Shown: one piece after another, positions 31,894 through 39,949 of the stretch
How the letters are laid out: each line of letters begins with the position of its first letter
How positions within the stretch are numbered: the first letter of the stretch is position 1
Source of the DNA: an uncultured Candidatus Saccharibacteria bacterium
Lineage (GTDB): Bacteria; Patescibacteriota; Minisyncoccia; Minisyncoccales; GWA2-38-27
DNA: 64,000 nt
Assembly (NCBI GenBank): GCA_964493085.1
Contig: CAZBLV010000013.1
Coordinates: 66,033-130,032 of the forward strand
Reading direction: 5' to 3'
Notes under the pieces: model-generated
Database searches by the model: none
Told to the model about the DNA's origin: nothing
What the model saw: only the letters and a program-made list of their open reading frames with translations
Made by a program: the position numbers and the translations under genes

Positions 31894-32520
31894 TTAGGGC
31901 ATCATATCCTTGTCAATATTGGAAAGAGCTGCCAGGAGCCTTCTGGTGGCCTGAGACCCCTTTTGAGTATAGAACCTAAGGATTAAATACATCAGAATTT
32001 CTGCCCACTTTTTTCTAAGCGCTTTAATCGGGTTTTTTGTTTCAAGGTCAGCGTTAATGACCGGAATCAACTGTCCTGGCGGCACTAGCATTTTTTTAGG
32101 CCTTCCCATAAAGGACCGGCCGATATTTACCTCAAAAGAATTAATCATTTTACCTAAAACAATGCCCCACTGGGCCTCTTTCACCTTTTCGCCCGGAAGG
32201 ACAATCACTAGGCTGCCTTGCTTGATAAGGCGGGAAAGAACGCTCACTTCTTTTTGGACAGTAAAGGTGCGAATAAGCCTGCTTATTATCTCAGGATAGA
32301 GCTTATTCACTGCCTTTAAGGGCTTTTTAAAAGAACCGTCCGTGTCAATAATAGGAGTAATCTGATCCGGTAAAACCAAACGGCGTTCTCCGCTCTGGTC
32401 TATTACCCAGTACCCCTTTTCTTCGGGGCTCATTACTTCGTCTATCAGCCCGTAAAAAAAAGCGTCCGGATCATGTCTTTCTCTCACCAAAACCAAGCTG
32501 TTCTTTCTAGCTTTTGTCAT
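31894..32520 (-). CDS. Hypothetical protein built from two tandem ~95-aa homologous domains
   Basis: The two halves align: SLVLV../SLVIV.., RRLVLPDQITPIIDTD/KKMLVPPGQLIPVINAD, KKPLKAVNKLYPEIISRLIRTFTVQK/KNPIKALRKKWAEILMYLILRFYTQK. ATG 32520 with the SD GAAAGGA is preferred over TTG 32550. Confidence 0.6.
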   Translation of the reverse strand: MTKARKNSLVLVRERHDPDAFFYGLIDEVMSPEEKGYWVIDQSGERRLVLPDQITPIIDTDGSFKKPLKAVNKLYPEIISRLIRTFTVQKEVSVLSRLIKQGSLVIVLPGEKVKEAQWGIVLGKMINSFEVNIGRSFMGRPKKMLVPPGQLIPVINADLETKNPIKALRKKWAEILMYLILRFYTQKGSQATRRLLAALSNIDKDMMP

Positions 32521-32610
32521 AACCCATCCTTTCTGTTTTGAAAGAACCAAGCTCTTCTTTTGATGTTATAGATTACAAGAGCCGGTGTCAATTGATTATT
32601 GGTTGTTTTT

Positions 32611-32619
32611 TGCTAATAT
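32611..32619 (+). promoter_or_regulatory. Extended -10 (TGcTAATAT) 6 nt upstream of ATG 32626
   Basis: TAATAT at 32614-19 and ATG at 32626. Confidence 0.4.
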
Positions 32620-32625
32620 AGGAGT

Positions 32626-33198
32626 ATGAAGAAAAGAATTTTCCTGGCAATAAACCTTCCCAAGGGCGTAAAGAAAAAACTTATCTCCTTAAGAGAGGAC
32701 TGGGCAGATCTGCCTGCCAAATGGACTAAGCCTGAAAACCTTCATATTACTTTAAGTTTTTTGGGGCACATGGAAGATGACGAAGTTTTGTCAGTCTGCA
32801 GGGAAGCTGAAAAACTGGCTTCCAGGGAAAATCCTTTTAAAATTAATCTGTTAAAAACTTGTTATGCCCCTCCAGGAAAAGAGGTTCCGCGGATGGTTTG
32901 GGCAATAGGAGAGAAAGGAGGCCGCTTTTCTGACTTAAAACGCACTCTTGAAAAATCCCTAGGAGAGACCGAAGACAAGAGAAGGCAAACTGGAGATGTC
33001 TCTCCCCATATTACTCTGGCCAGAATCAGAAAATGGGACTGGCAAAAAATAGAACCTGAAGACAGGCCGGAAATTGAAAAAGATCTGAATGTTTCCTTTC
33101 AGGCAGATTCTTTTGAAGTGATGGAGAGCCGGCTTAAGAGAGGAGGGCCTGACTATGTCGTTTTAGAAAGCTTCTTTTTGGGACAAAAAAATGAATAA
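32626..33198 (+). CDS. thpR: RNA 2',3'-cyclic phosphodiesterase (2H phosphoesterase, ThpR/LigT)
   Basis: 190 aa with two HxT/S motifs (HITLSFLG and HITLARI). Confidence 0.9.
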   Translation: MKKRIFLAINLPKGVKKKLISLREDWADLPAKWTKPENLHITLSFLGHMEDDEVLSVCREAEKLASRENPFKINLLKTCYAPPGKEVPRMVWAIGEKGGRFSDLKRTLEKSLGETEDKRRQTGDVSPHITLARIRKWDWQKIEPEDRPEIEKDLNVSFQADSFEVMESRLKRGGPDYVVLESFFLGQKNE

Positions 33199-34504
33199 AA
33201 AAAAAGTTCATTTTGTAGGAATAGGCGGAATCGGAGTAAGCGGACTCGCCCGCTATTTTCTGAACAAGGGAAACATTGTTTCCGGATCTGATTTGGCCTG
33301 TTCTGAAACCATTCAGGCCTTGGAAAAAGAGGGGGTTGAAATATTTTTGGGTCCTCATTCTGCTTCCAATATTAAAAAAGGAGTCGATCTTGTAATTCAC
33401 AGTCCGGCAGTTTCGCCTGACAACCCTGAGATAAAAAAGGCCAAAGGGCTAAAAGCTAGAGTCTTGAGCTATCCTGAAGCCCTGGGTGAAGTCAGCAAAA
33501 AATATTATACCATTGCAGTATCTGGCACTCATGGGAAAAGCACGACCTGCGCCATGATTTCTCTTATCCTGGAAAAAGCCGGCCTTGATCCGACTGTGAT
33601 CCTGGGAACCAAACTAAAGGAGTTTGGGGACAGAAACTTCAGACCCGGGAAAAGCCGCTACCTTGTAATAGAAGCTGATGAATGGAAGGCCTCTTTTCTG
33701 AATTATTATCCCCAGATCACAGTTCTTACTAATATTGAAGAAGAGCATTTGGATTTTTATAAAGACTTAAACCATATTCTAAAAACCTATAAAGAATACC
33801 TGGGGCATCTTTCTCAAGACGGCTTTTTGGTTGCCAATGCGGAAGATGAAAATATTTCAAAGGTTTTAAAAAGCTTAAAAAGGAAGCCTAAGACTAAAAA
33901 ATATTCTTTTTTTCAGCCAGAAGCCAAGAAGATAAAAAAAATCTTAAGTCTGCCGGGGGAGCATAACGTCTGCAACGCCCTGGCTGCTCTGGCCACAGCT
34001 CGCATTTTAGGAATAAAAGATAAAATATCTTTTAGCTTGCTGTCAGAATTTAAGAGCCCTTGGCGGCGCTTTGAGGCGGAAAACAAAAATTTCTTCGGAA
34101 AAAATATTATTTTAATCAGTGACTACGGACATCATCCTTCAGAAATTTTGGCTACAGCAAAAGCGGCTAGGGAAAAATTCCCAAAAAGAGAAATTTGGTG
34201 CGTTTTTCAGCCTCATCAGTACCAAAGAACCCATTATCTTTTCAGCCGGTTTGTAAAATCACTCAAAGAAATGCCAGTAGACAGAATAATTATCAGCGAT
34301 ATTTACGATGTGGCCGGCAGGGAAAAGGCCTTGCTTAAAAAAAAGGTCAGTTCTTCAAAGCTAGCCAGCGCTGTCGATAAAGAGTCGGTAGTTTATCTGC
34401 CAAGGGATAAAATAATTTCTTGCTTAAAGAATGGCTTGCAAAAGAGAAGCGTCTTGCTGGTTATGGGAGCCGGAAACATATATAATCTGAAAAAAGAGCT
34501 TTAA
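33191..34504 (+). CDS. murC: UDP-N-acetylmuramate--L-alanine ligase
   Basis: 437 aa with VHFVGIGGIGVSGLA, the P-loop SGTHGKSTT and DYGHHPSEI. Confidence 0.95.
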   Translation: MNKKKVHFVGIGGIGVSGLARYFLNKGNIVSGSDLACSETIQALEKEGVEIFLGPHSASNIKKGVDLVIHSPAVSPDNPEIKKAKGLKARVLSYPEALGEVSKKYYTIAVSGTHGKSTTCAMISLILEKAGLDPTVILGTKLKEFGDRNFRPGKSRYLVIEADEWKASFLNYYPQITVLTNIEEEHLDFYKDLNHILKTYKEYLGHLSQDGFLVANAEDENISKVLKSLKRKPKTKKYSFFQPEAKKIKKILSLPGEHNVCNALAALATARILGIKDKISFSLLSEFKSPWRRFEAENKNFFGKNIILISDYGHHPSEILATAKAAREKFPKREIWCVFQPHQYQRTHYLFSRFVKSLKEMPVDRIIISDIYDVAGREKALLKKKVSSSKLASAVDKESVVYLPRDKIISCLKNGLQKRSVLLVMGAGNIYNLKKEL

Positions 34505-34516
34505 CTTTAAAAAAAG

Positions 34517-34549
34517 AGCGCAGGCCTATTGGAGCCCTGCGCTTTTTTG
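34517..34549. terminator. Bidirectional terminator (murC / convergent zinc-finger gene)
   Basis: Stem AGCGCAGG/CCTGCGCT with an inner CC..GG extension, an A-run upstream and TTTTTTGTTTTT downstream. Confidence 0.75.
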
Positions 34550-34552
34550 TTT

Positions 34553-34774
34553 TTAAAACTCGATCATTGTTCCGTCAGGTTCAGTTCTTCCCAGTCCCCC
34601 GCAAAAACTGCAGGTTCCTTCTTCTTGCCGCCCGGAGTCAAAATCGTCCCTGTAGCTGCCAGGGAGATCCCGGGAAGGAGCGCACGTTTCGCAAAAACAT
34701 TCGCCCTTTCCGTGACAGTGGCGGCAGACAACAGCATTCCGTAAAACAGACTGCATACTTTCTCTGACCGTCAT
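34553..34774 (-). CDS. Stand-alone DnaJ-type (CxxCxGxG) zinc-finger mini-protein
   Basis: 73 aa with CRHCHGKG and CSFCGGLG plus CFCETC, and the SD GAAAGGAAAG upstream. Locally GC-rich (62% in line 34621-34680). Confidence 0.65.
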   Translation of the reverse strand: MTVRESMQSVLRNAVVCRHCHGKGECFCETCAPSRDLPGSYRDDFDSGRQEEGTCSFCGGLGRTEPDGTMIEF

Positions 34775-34950
34775 TAGCTTTCCTTTCTTTTGTTGGCAAA
34801 GAGCAATATATTATAATATATCATATAAACAAATTTTTGTCAATAAAATAAGTTTTCCACATAAAAAGTTTGACAGAAAAGAGTCTTTAAGAGAGAATAG
34901 ACTTAGCAAACGGAATAAGGTCGATTAAAAGTCCTTAAAAATAAATAAGC

Positions 34951-35109
34951 ATGGCAACCTCAACCATAGTTTGGATAATAATTGCCGTGGTGGTTGTAGC
35001 CGCTGTAGTTGTCCTATTAAGCAAGAGAGGAGGATCTAAGAAAACTCCTCAAGGGCCGGAGGGTCCTCAAACACCCCCCCAGGAACCACAATCACCTCCA
35101 TCCGCCTAA
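34951..35109 (+). CDS. Small single-TM protein with Pro/Gln-rich tail (52 aa, below ORF-track cutoff)
   Basis: My translation is MATSTIVWIIIAVVVVAAVVVLLSKRGGSKKTPQGPEGPQTPPQEPQSPPSA. It is followed by a perfect 13-bp terminator. Confidence 0.45.
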   Translation: MATSTIVWIIIAVVVVAAVVVLLSKRGGSKKTPQGPEGPQTPPQEPQSPPSA

Positions 35110-35121
35110 AAAGCGAATAAT

Positions 35122-35153
35122 AAAAGCTCTGTCAAGCATTGACAGAGCTTTTT
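35122..35153. terminator. Bidirectional terminator, 13-bp perfect stem
   Basis: AAAAGCTCTGTCA (35122-34) pairs with TGACAGAGCTTTT (35040-region complement, 35140-52) around a 5-nt loop. It lies between convergent small genes. Confidence 0.75.
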
Positions 35154-35155
35154 AG

Positions 35156-35398
35156 TTAGTCGCGGCGGCTTTTCTCAACATATTTCCGAAATGACTTTCG
35201 CCTCTTTTTTTTGATTGCTTTCTTTGCTTTGGAAAAAACCAAAGGGAACATGATAGAAAAGGCAGCTGCCAGCAGAAGCGAAGCCACAATAAAAGATGGG
35301 CAGGATCTGGTTTCCGGCAATAAAATAAGACAAAGCCCGGCGAAAAGAAAAACAAAAAAAAGAACAAAGATGCCCCCTCTTGGGCCCGATCCTTTCAT
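35156..35398 (-). CDS. Hypothetical small membrane protein with polybasic C-terminal tail
   Basis: 80 aa with 2 TM helices and the tail KAKKAIKKKRRKSFRKYVEKSRRD. A strong SD (GAGAGGAGAAA) lies upstream. Confidence 0.55.
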   Translation of the reverse strand: MKGSGPRGGIFVLFFVFLFAGLCLILLPETRSCPSFIVASLLLAAAFSIMFPLVFSKAKKAIKKKRRKSFRKYVEKSRRD

Positions 35399-35527
35399 TT
35401 TATTTCTCCTCTCTTTTAAAAAGTACTAAAATTAAAATACTCCGGGCAGTTTTTTTTGTCAACAGATTGCCGGCTTATTTTTTCAGTCTGTCAACGAAGA
35501 AAAACTACTTTCCAAATTATTTTTATC

Positions 35528-35536
35528 TGTTATAAT
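35528..35536 (+). promoter_or_regulatory. Extended -10 (TGtTATAAT) 7 nt upstream of aspS ATG
   Basis: TATAAT at 35531-36 and ATG at 35544. Confidence 0.5.
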
Positions 35537-35543
35537 TAGTAAA

Positions 35544-36944
35544 ATGAAAAGATTCTATACCTCGCAATCAGTAGAAAGTCAGGGAAAGGAGATAAGGGTT
35601 TGTGGCTGGGCAGAAACCATCAGGTCTCACGGAAAAATAATTTTTATAGATCTTCGGGACAAAGAGGGGACTTTGCAGTTGGTTTGTTCTCCGGACCAAA
35701 AAGAAGCCTACGAAATTGCCGCTAAGATAAGGCCGGAATGGGTGATAGATGTCAGGGGAAAAATTTCTAAAAGGCCGGCTAAAATGGCCAATACTAATTT
35801 GGCAACGGGCTCAGTAGAAATGGAGGTTAAAGAAATCCAGGTTTTGTCTCGAGCGAAAACTCTTCCTTTTTCTATCTCTAAAGACGGGTATGAGATTTCA
35901 GAGGAAAAAAGACTGAAATACCGGTATCTGGACCTAAGAAGATCCCGGCTGAAAAAAAATATAGAGACTAGGGCCAAGGCCATTCGGTTCATGAGGGAAT
36001 TTATGGCAAAAGAAGGATTTGTAGAAATCGCAACTCCGGTTCTTACTAAATCTACTCCAGAGGGAGCAAGGGACTTTATAGTCCCCTCGAGACTGCAACC
36101 CGGGAAATTTTATGCTCTTCCCCAGTCTCCTCAGCAATACAAGCAGCTTCTCCAAGTTGCGGGTTTTGAAAAATACTTTCAGATCGCCAGGTGTTTTCGG
36201 GACGAAGATCCTCGGTCTGACAGGCAGGCAGAATTTACCCAGCTGGACTACGAAATGTCTTTTGTGGAAACAGAGGATATCCTTGAATTAACAGAAGAGC
36301 TTTTTGTCAGCCTGGTCAAAAAGCTTTTTCCGGAGAAAAAAATCCAAAAAATTCCTTTTCCCAGAATGACTTATTCTGAAGCAATGAAAAGATACAATTC
36401 CGACAAACCGGATATAAGGAAAAATAAGGAGGATCCAGAAGAGCTTGCTTTCTGTTTTGTTGTGGACTTTCCCATGTTTGAGTGGGACGAGAAAGAGAAA
36501 AAATGGGAAACGCCCCACCATCCCTTTACTAGGCCTCAAACGGAAAACATAGAAGAAATGAAAAAAGACCCTTCTAAAATACTGGCTCATCAGTATGACT
36601 TTGTCTTGAACGGCGTTGAAATAGGAGGAGGAAGCCTAAGGTCTTACAAGCCAGAAATACTGGAGGCCGTTTTTGAAATATTGGGGCACAAAAAAGAGGA
36701 AATAAGGGACAAGTTTGGCCATTTGCTGGAGGCTTTTGAATACGGGGTCCCTCCTCATGGCGGAAACGCGCCGGGCATAGATAGATTTTTATCTATCCTT
36801 CTTAACGAAAATAGCGTAAGGGAAGTGATGGCCTTTCCTAAAACCGGGGACAACAGGGATCTTATGATGGCAGCCCCCGATGAGATTTCCGAGGACCAAT
36901 TAAACGAATTAAGACTAAAGATAAACAAAAAGAAAAAATCATGA
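35544..36944 (+). CDS. aspS: Aspartate--tRNA ligase, bacterial-type core but lacking the GAD insertion domain
   Basis: 466 aa with the bacterial motif-2 signature FRDEDPRSDRQAEFTQLDYEMSF. SDKPDIRKNKEDPEELAFCFVVDFPMFE joins directly where E. coli AspRS carries a ~130-aa insertion. Confidence 0.95.
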   Translation: MKRFYTSQSVESQGKEIRVCGWAETIRSHGKIIFIDLRDKEGTLQLVCSPDQKEAYEIAAKIRPEWVIDVRGKISKRPAKMANTNLATGSVEMEVKEIQVLSRAKTLPFSISKDGYEISEEKRLKYRYLDLRRSRLKKNIETRAKAIRFMREFMAKEGFVEIATPVLTKSTPEGARDFIVPSRLQPGKFYALPQSPQQYKQLLQVAGFEKYFQIARCFRDEDPRSDRQAEFTQLDYEMSFVETEDILELTEELFVSLVKKLFPEKKIQKIPFPRMTYSEAMKRYNSDKPDIRKNKEDPEELAFCFVVDFPMFEWDEKEKKWETPHHPFTRPQTENIEEMKKDPSKILAHQYDFVLNGVEIGGGSLRSYKPEILEAVFEILGHKKEEIRDKFGHLLEAFEYGVPPHGGNAPGIDRFLSILLNENSVREVMAFPKTGDNRDLMMAAPDEISEDQLNELRLKINKKKKS

Positions 36945-37048
36945 AACAGGAAAGCTTTCTTTTTATGGAAACAGAATCCTCTATAATGCTTATGGGAATA
37001 TTTCTCATAAACGCTATGGGGATATATTTTATTTTTTAATAATAAACA

Positions 37049-38014
37049 ATGAAAACCAAAGTCCTTTTAGTTGCTTTTATTTTAAGTTTGCCTTTTTGGG
37101 GAGCGATGAACGCCTTGGCGGAAAAAACCGAGGGCTTTTTGTATTGGTATCAAGTTTCCAGCGACGACTATATTCTTTCTGCCGATCTAAGGCAGGCAAC
37201 GCTTGAAAAAGAAATAGAGAAGGCAAGAAAGCAAAACAGGCCTGTGGCAGAAGAGTTAAACATTAATGCCAGATCAGCTTTGTCTTTGGTTATAAGGAAC
37301 GGAGAAGAGAAAGTTCTGTTCGAAAGAAATTCCGAAAAAATTTATCCGTTTGCCTCTCTGGCTAAATTAATGACTGCTCTGGTCGTCTTTGACTCAGAAG
37401 AACATTACAGTCTAGAAGACCGGGTGGTAATTTCCCAAGAGGCGGTTGACCAGGAAGGAAAATCTAAATTTATGCCCCTGGTCGCAGGCGATGAATTTTC
37501 TGTTAAAAATCTTCTCCATATAATGCTTTTAGAGTCCAGCAATGACGCAGCCTACGCTTTAGCGGAGATCATGGGAGAAAACAATTTTGTAGAGGCAATG
37601 AATAAAAAAGCTCGCGATATCGGCTTAGAGAAAACTTTCTTTGTTAACGTTACAGGCCTTGATCCGGACAATCTAAGCAATCCTATCAACTATTCTACCG
37701 CCAAAGACATAACCAAACTGGCAGAATATATTCTTCACAATCATCCTGATATCTTTAAAATTACTTCCCTTCGCTCTTGGGAGGTAGTAGACGAGAAAGG
37801 AAAAACCCGCTATTTCATTCCAGAGAACACCAATGAACTGATAGGCGAATTCCCCGAGATAATAGGAGGGAAAACGGGCTGGACGCCCTCGGCAAAAGGA
37901 TGCTTGCTGGTGTTTTTAAAAAAAGAAGGCGCCCATTATGTCAACATTGTTTTAGGGTCTGAAAACAGATTTGGCGACATGAGGACAATAATCAAACAAA
38001 TAAATGGTTTTTGA
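37049..38014 (+). CDS. D-alanyl-D-alanine carboxypeptidase (S11, PBP5/6-like)
   Basis: 321 aa with a signal peptide and the motifs SxxK (SLAK), SxN (SSND) and KTG (KTGWT). Confidence 0.85.
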   Translation: MKTKVLLVAFILSLPFWGAMNALAEKTEGFLYWYQVSSDDYILSADLRQATLEKEIEKARKQNRPVAEELNINARSALSLVIRNGEEKVLFERNSEKIYPFASLAKLMTALVVFDSEEHYSLEDRVVISQEAVDQEGKSKFMPLVAGDEFSVKNLLHIMLLESSNDAAYALAEIMGENNFVEAMNKKARDIGLEKTFFVNVTGLDPDNLSNPINYSTAKDITKLAEYILHNHPDIFKITSLRSWEVVDEKGKTRYFIPENTNELIGEFPEIIGGKTGWTPSAKGCLLVFLKKEGAHYVNIVLGSENRFGDMRTIIKQINGF

Positions 38015-39077
38015 TATCGGACAAGCGACAGTCAGCGCTATTAAGGTTTTTGTTCTGGGAGCTGCCAGTTTCATGATTGCTTTTTGGTGGACGCCGGCCT
38101 TGAGCCGCTTTCTTTACAAATACGGACTTTGGAGAAAGGAGCTAAGAAAGAAATCAATAGACGGCAAAGAGCTTCCTGTTTTTCAAAAGTTTCACGGAGA
38201 CGGAGAAAAAAGAATTCCCCGATTTGGAGGCCTTCTTGTCTGGATTACGGTTTTATTTCTGGCCTTTGCTGTTTCTTTTTTGGCAAAATTTGTTGACGTT
38301 TGGTGGCTGGAAAAATTAAGCTTTTTAAGCCGTTCCCAAACCTGGCTGCCGCTTTTTGCGCTAGTCTCTGCTTCTTTGGTTGGACTGGTAGACGACCTTC
38401 TTCAGGTGAAGGGAAGAGGCAAATATATCGCCGGCGGCCTTAGATTAAGATACCGGCTGATATTAGTAGCCTTGATAGGGGCGATAGGAGCTTGGTGGTT
38501 TTATTATAAATTGGGGTATAGCACCATTCATATTCCCGGAAACGGAGACGTTTTTCTGGGTTTTTGGTATCTGCCGCTTTTCATGCTTGTTACAATGGCT
38601 ACTTACAGCAGCGGGGTGATAGACGGATTAGACGGCTTGGCAGGAGGCGTTTTTGCCACTATTTTTGCCGCTTTCGGCGGGATAGCCTTTTTTCAAGGGC
38701 AAATAGACCTGGCTGCTTTTTGTTTTGTCGTTACTGGAGCAATCTTGGCCTTTTTATGGTTTAATATTCCTCCTGCCAGATTCTATATGGGGGAGACAGG
38801 CATTTTAGGACTATGTTGCGCCTTGACTGTTGTAGCTTTTTTAACTGATTCCGTGCTGGTTCTTCCTATAATAGGCATTCTTCTGGTAGTAGAGTCGGGC
38901 TCTGTAATATTGCAGTTGCTTTTCCGCAAGATAAAAAAGAAAAAGCTTTTTCTGGCAGCTCCCATTCATCATCATTTTGAAGCTAAAGGCTGGCCCCATT
39001 ACAAGATAACAATGAGATTCTGGGTCATCGGTGTTGTGGCGGCCATAATCGGAATGGCAGTGAGGATGTTGGGATAA
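38004..39077 (+). CDS. mraY: Phospho-N-acetylmuramoyl-pentapeptide transferase
   Basis: 357 aa polytopic protein with VDDLLQVKG, VIDGLDGLA and AAPIHHHFE. Confidence 0.95.
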   Translation: MVFDIGQATVSAIKVFVLGAASFMIAFWWTPALSRFLYKYGLWRKELRKKSIDGKELPVFQKFHGDGEKRIPRFGGLLVWITVLFLAFAVSFLAKFVDVWWLEKLSFLSRSQTWLPLFALVSASLVGLVDDLLQVKGRGKYIAGGLRLRYRLILVALIGAIGAWWFYYKLGYSTIHIPGNGDVFLGFWYLPLFMLVTMATYSSGVIDGLDGLAGGVFATIFAAFGGIAFFQGQIDLAAFCFVVTGAILAFLWFNIPPARFYMGETGILGLCCALTVVAFLTDSVLVLPIIGILLVVESGSVILQLLFRKIKKKKLFLAAPIHHHFEAKGWPHYKITMRFWVIGVVAAIIGMAVRMLG

Positions 39078-39085
39078 ATAAATAT

Positions 39086-39877
39086 ATGATAGGCGTTTTT
39101 GATTCCGGCGTAGGGGGGCTGACGGTTGTCAAAGAAATCTTCCGTTTTCTGCCTGATTACCAGATAATATACTTTGGAGACACAGCTCGTCTTCCTTACG
39201 GCACAAAAGGAGAGAATTTTGTCAAAAGATCTTCTGAAAAAATAACGGAATGGCTTTTGTCAAAGGGAGCCAAGATAATTGTGATAGCCTGCAATACGTC
39301 TTCTTCTTGGGCTTCAGATAGCCTTAAAAAAAGATTTAGGAATGTGCCAGTTTTTGAAATGATTACTCCCGTGATAAAGGAAATAGAGTCTTTAAAGGAA
39401 AAGAGAATTGGCATAATCGGTACTCCGGGCACAATAAAGAGCCAGGCCTACGATAAGAAAATATTAGGAGAGAACCCGAATATTGAGATCTTCTCGGTAG
39501 CCTGCCCCTTGTTTGTTCCTTTGGCAGAAGAAGGATGGACAGAAGGGGAAATAACAGAAAAAATAGCAGAAAGATATCTTGCTTCTTTCAAGAGAAAAAA
39601 GATTAAAGCTCTGGTACTTGCTTGTACCCACTATCCCTTGTTAGAAAACTCGCTAAGAAGAGTTTTAGATAGCAATATTAAAATTATAAATCCTGCCAAA
39701 AGTCTGGGGGAAGAACTAAAAAACTTTTTGGAAGAAAATCCAAAGATTGAGAGGAAAATCAAAAAAGGGAACAACCACCAGTTTTTTTTCAGCGACAAGC
39801 CCTATAATTTCAAGAAAATAAGCCATCTTTGCTTTAATAAAAGGCTTAAGCCCGTTATAGAAGACCCTTTTCAATAA
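39086..39877 (+). CDS. murI: Glutamate racemase
   Basis: 263 aa with GVFDSGVGGLTV and the catalytic Cys contexts IACNTSS and ACTHYP. Confidence 0.95.
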   Translation: MIGVFDSGVGGLTVVKEIFRFLPDYQIIYFGDTARLPYGTKGENFVKRSSEKITEWLLSKGAKIIVIACNTSSSWASDSLKKRFRNVPVFEMITPVIKEIESLKEKRIGIIGTPGTIKSQAYDKKILGENPNIEIFSVACPLFVPLAEEGWTEGEITEKIAERYLASFKRKKIKALVLACTHYPLLENSLRRVLDSNIKIINPAKSLGEELKNFLEENPKIERKIKKGNNHQFFFSDKPYNFKKISHLCFNKRLKPVIEDPFQ

Positions 39878-39934
39878 AAAACTAAACTAAGCTTAGTTTT
39901 GATGTTGGGCGGGCTTTTTTATTAAGGCCGGTTT

Positions 39935-39943
39935 TGTTAAAAT
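39935..39943 (+). promoter_or_regulatory. Extended -10 (TGtTAAAAT) 6 nt upstream of murD ATG
   Basis: TAAAAT at 39938-43 and ATG at 39950. Confidence 0.45.
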
Positions 39944-39949
39944 AAGGTA

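Noticed and set aside
35440-35500. Repeated TGTCAAC motifs upstream of aspS (35456, 35492), considered as a possible operator.
   Set aside because: TGTCAA is simply the reverse complement of the -35 consensus TTGACA. The first copy fits a minus-strand promoter for the 35398 gene (TTGACA-N18-TATTTT). Two 7-mers are too little to call a regulatory site.
39878-39949. A terminator between murI and murD (the palindrome AAACTAAGCTTAGTTT and the GGGCGGGCTTTTTT run).
   Set aside because: The palindrome is AT-rich with a 2-4 nt loop. The G-rich run before the T-tract has no complementary upstream arm that I could find, so it is not convincing as an intrinsic terminator.
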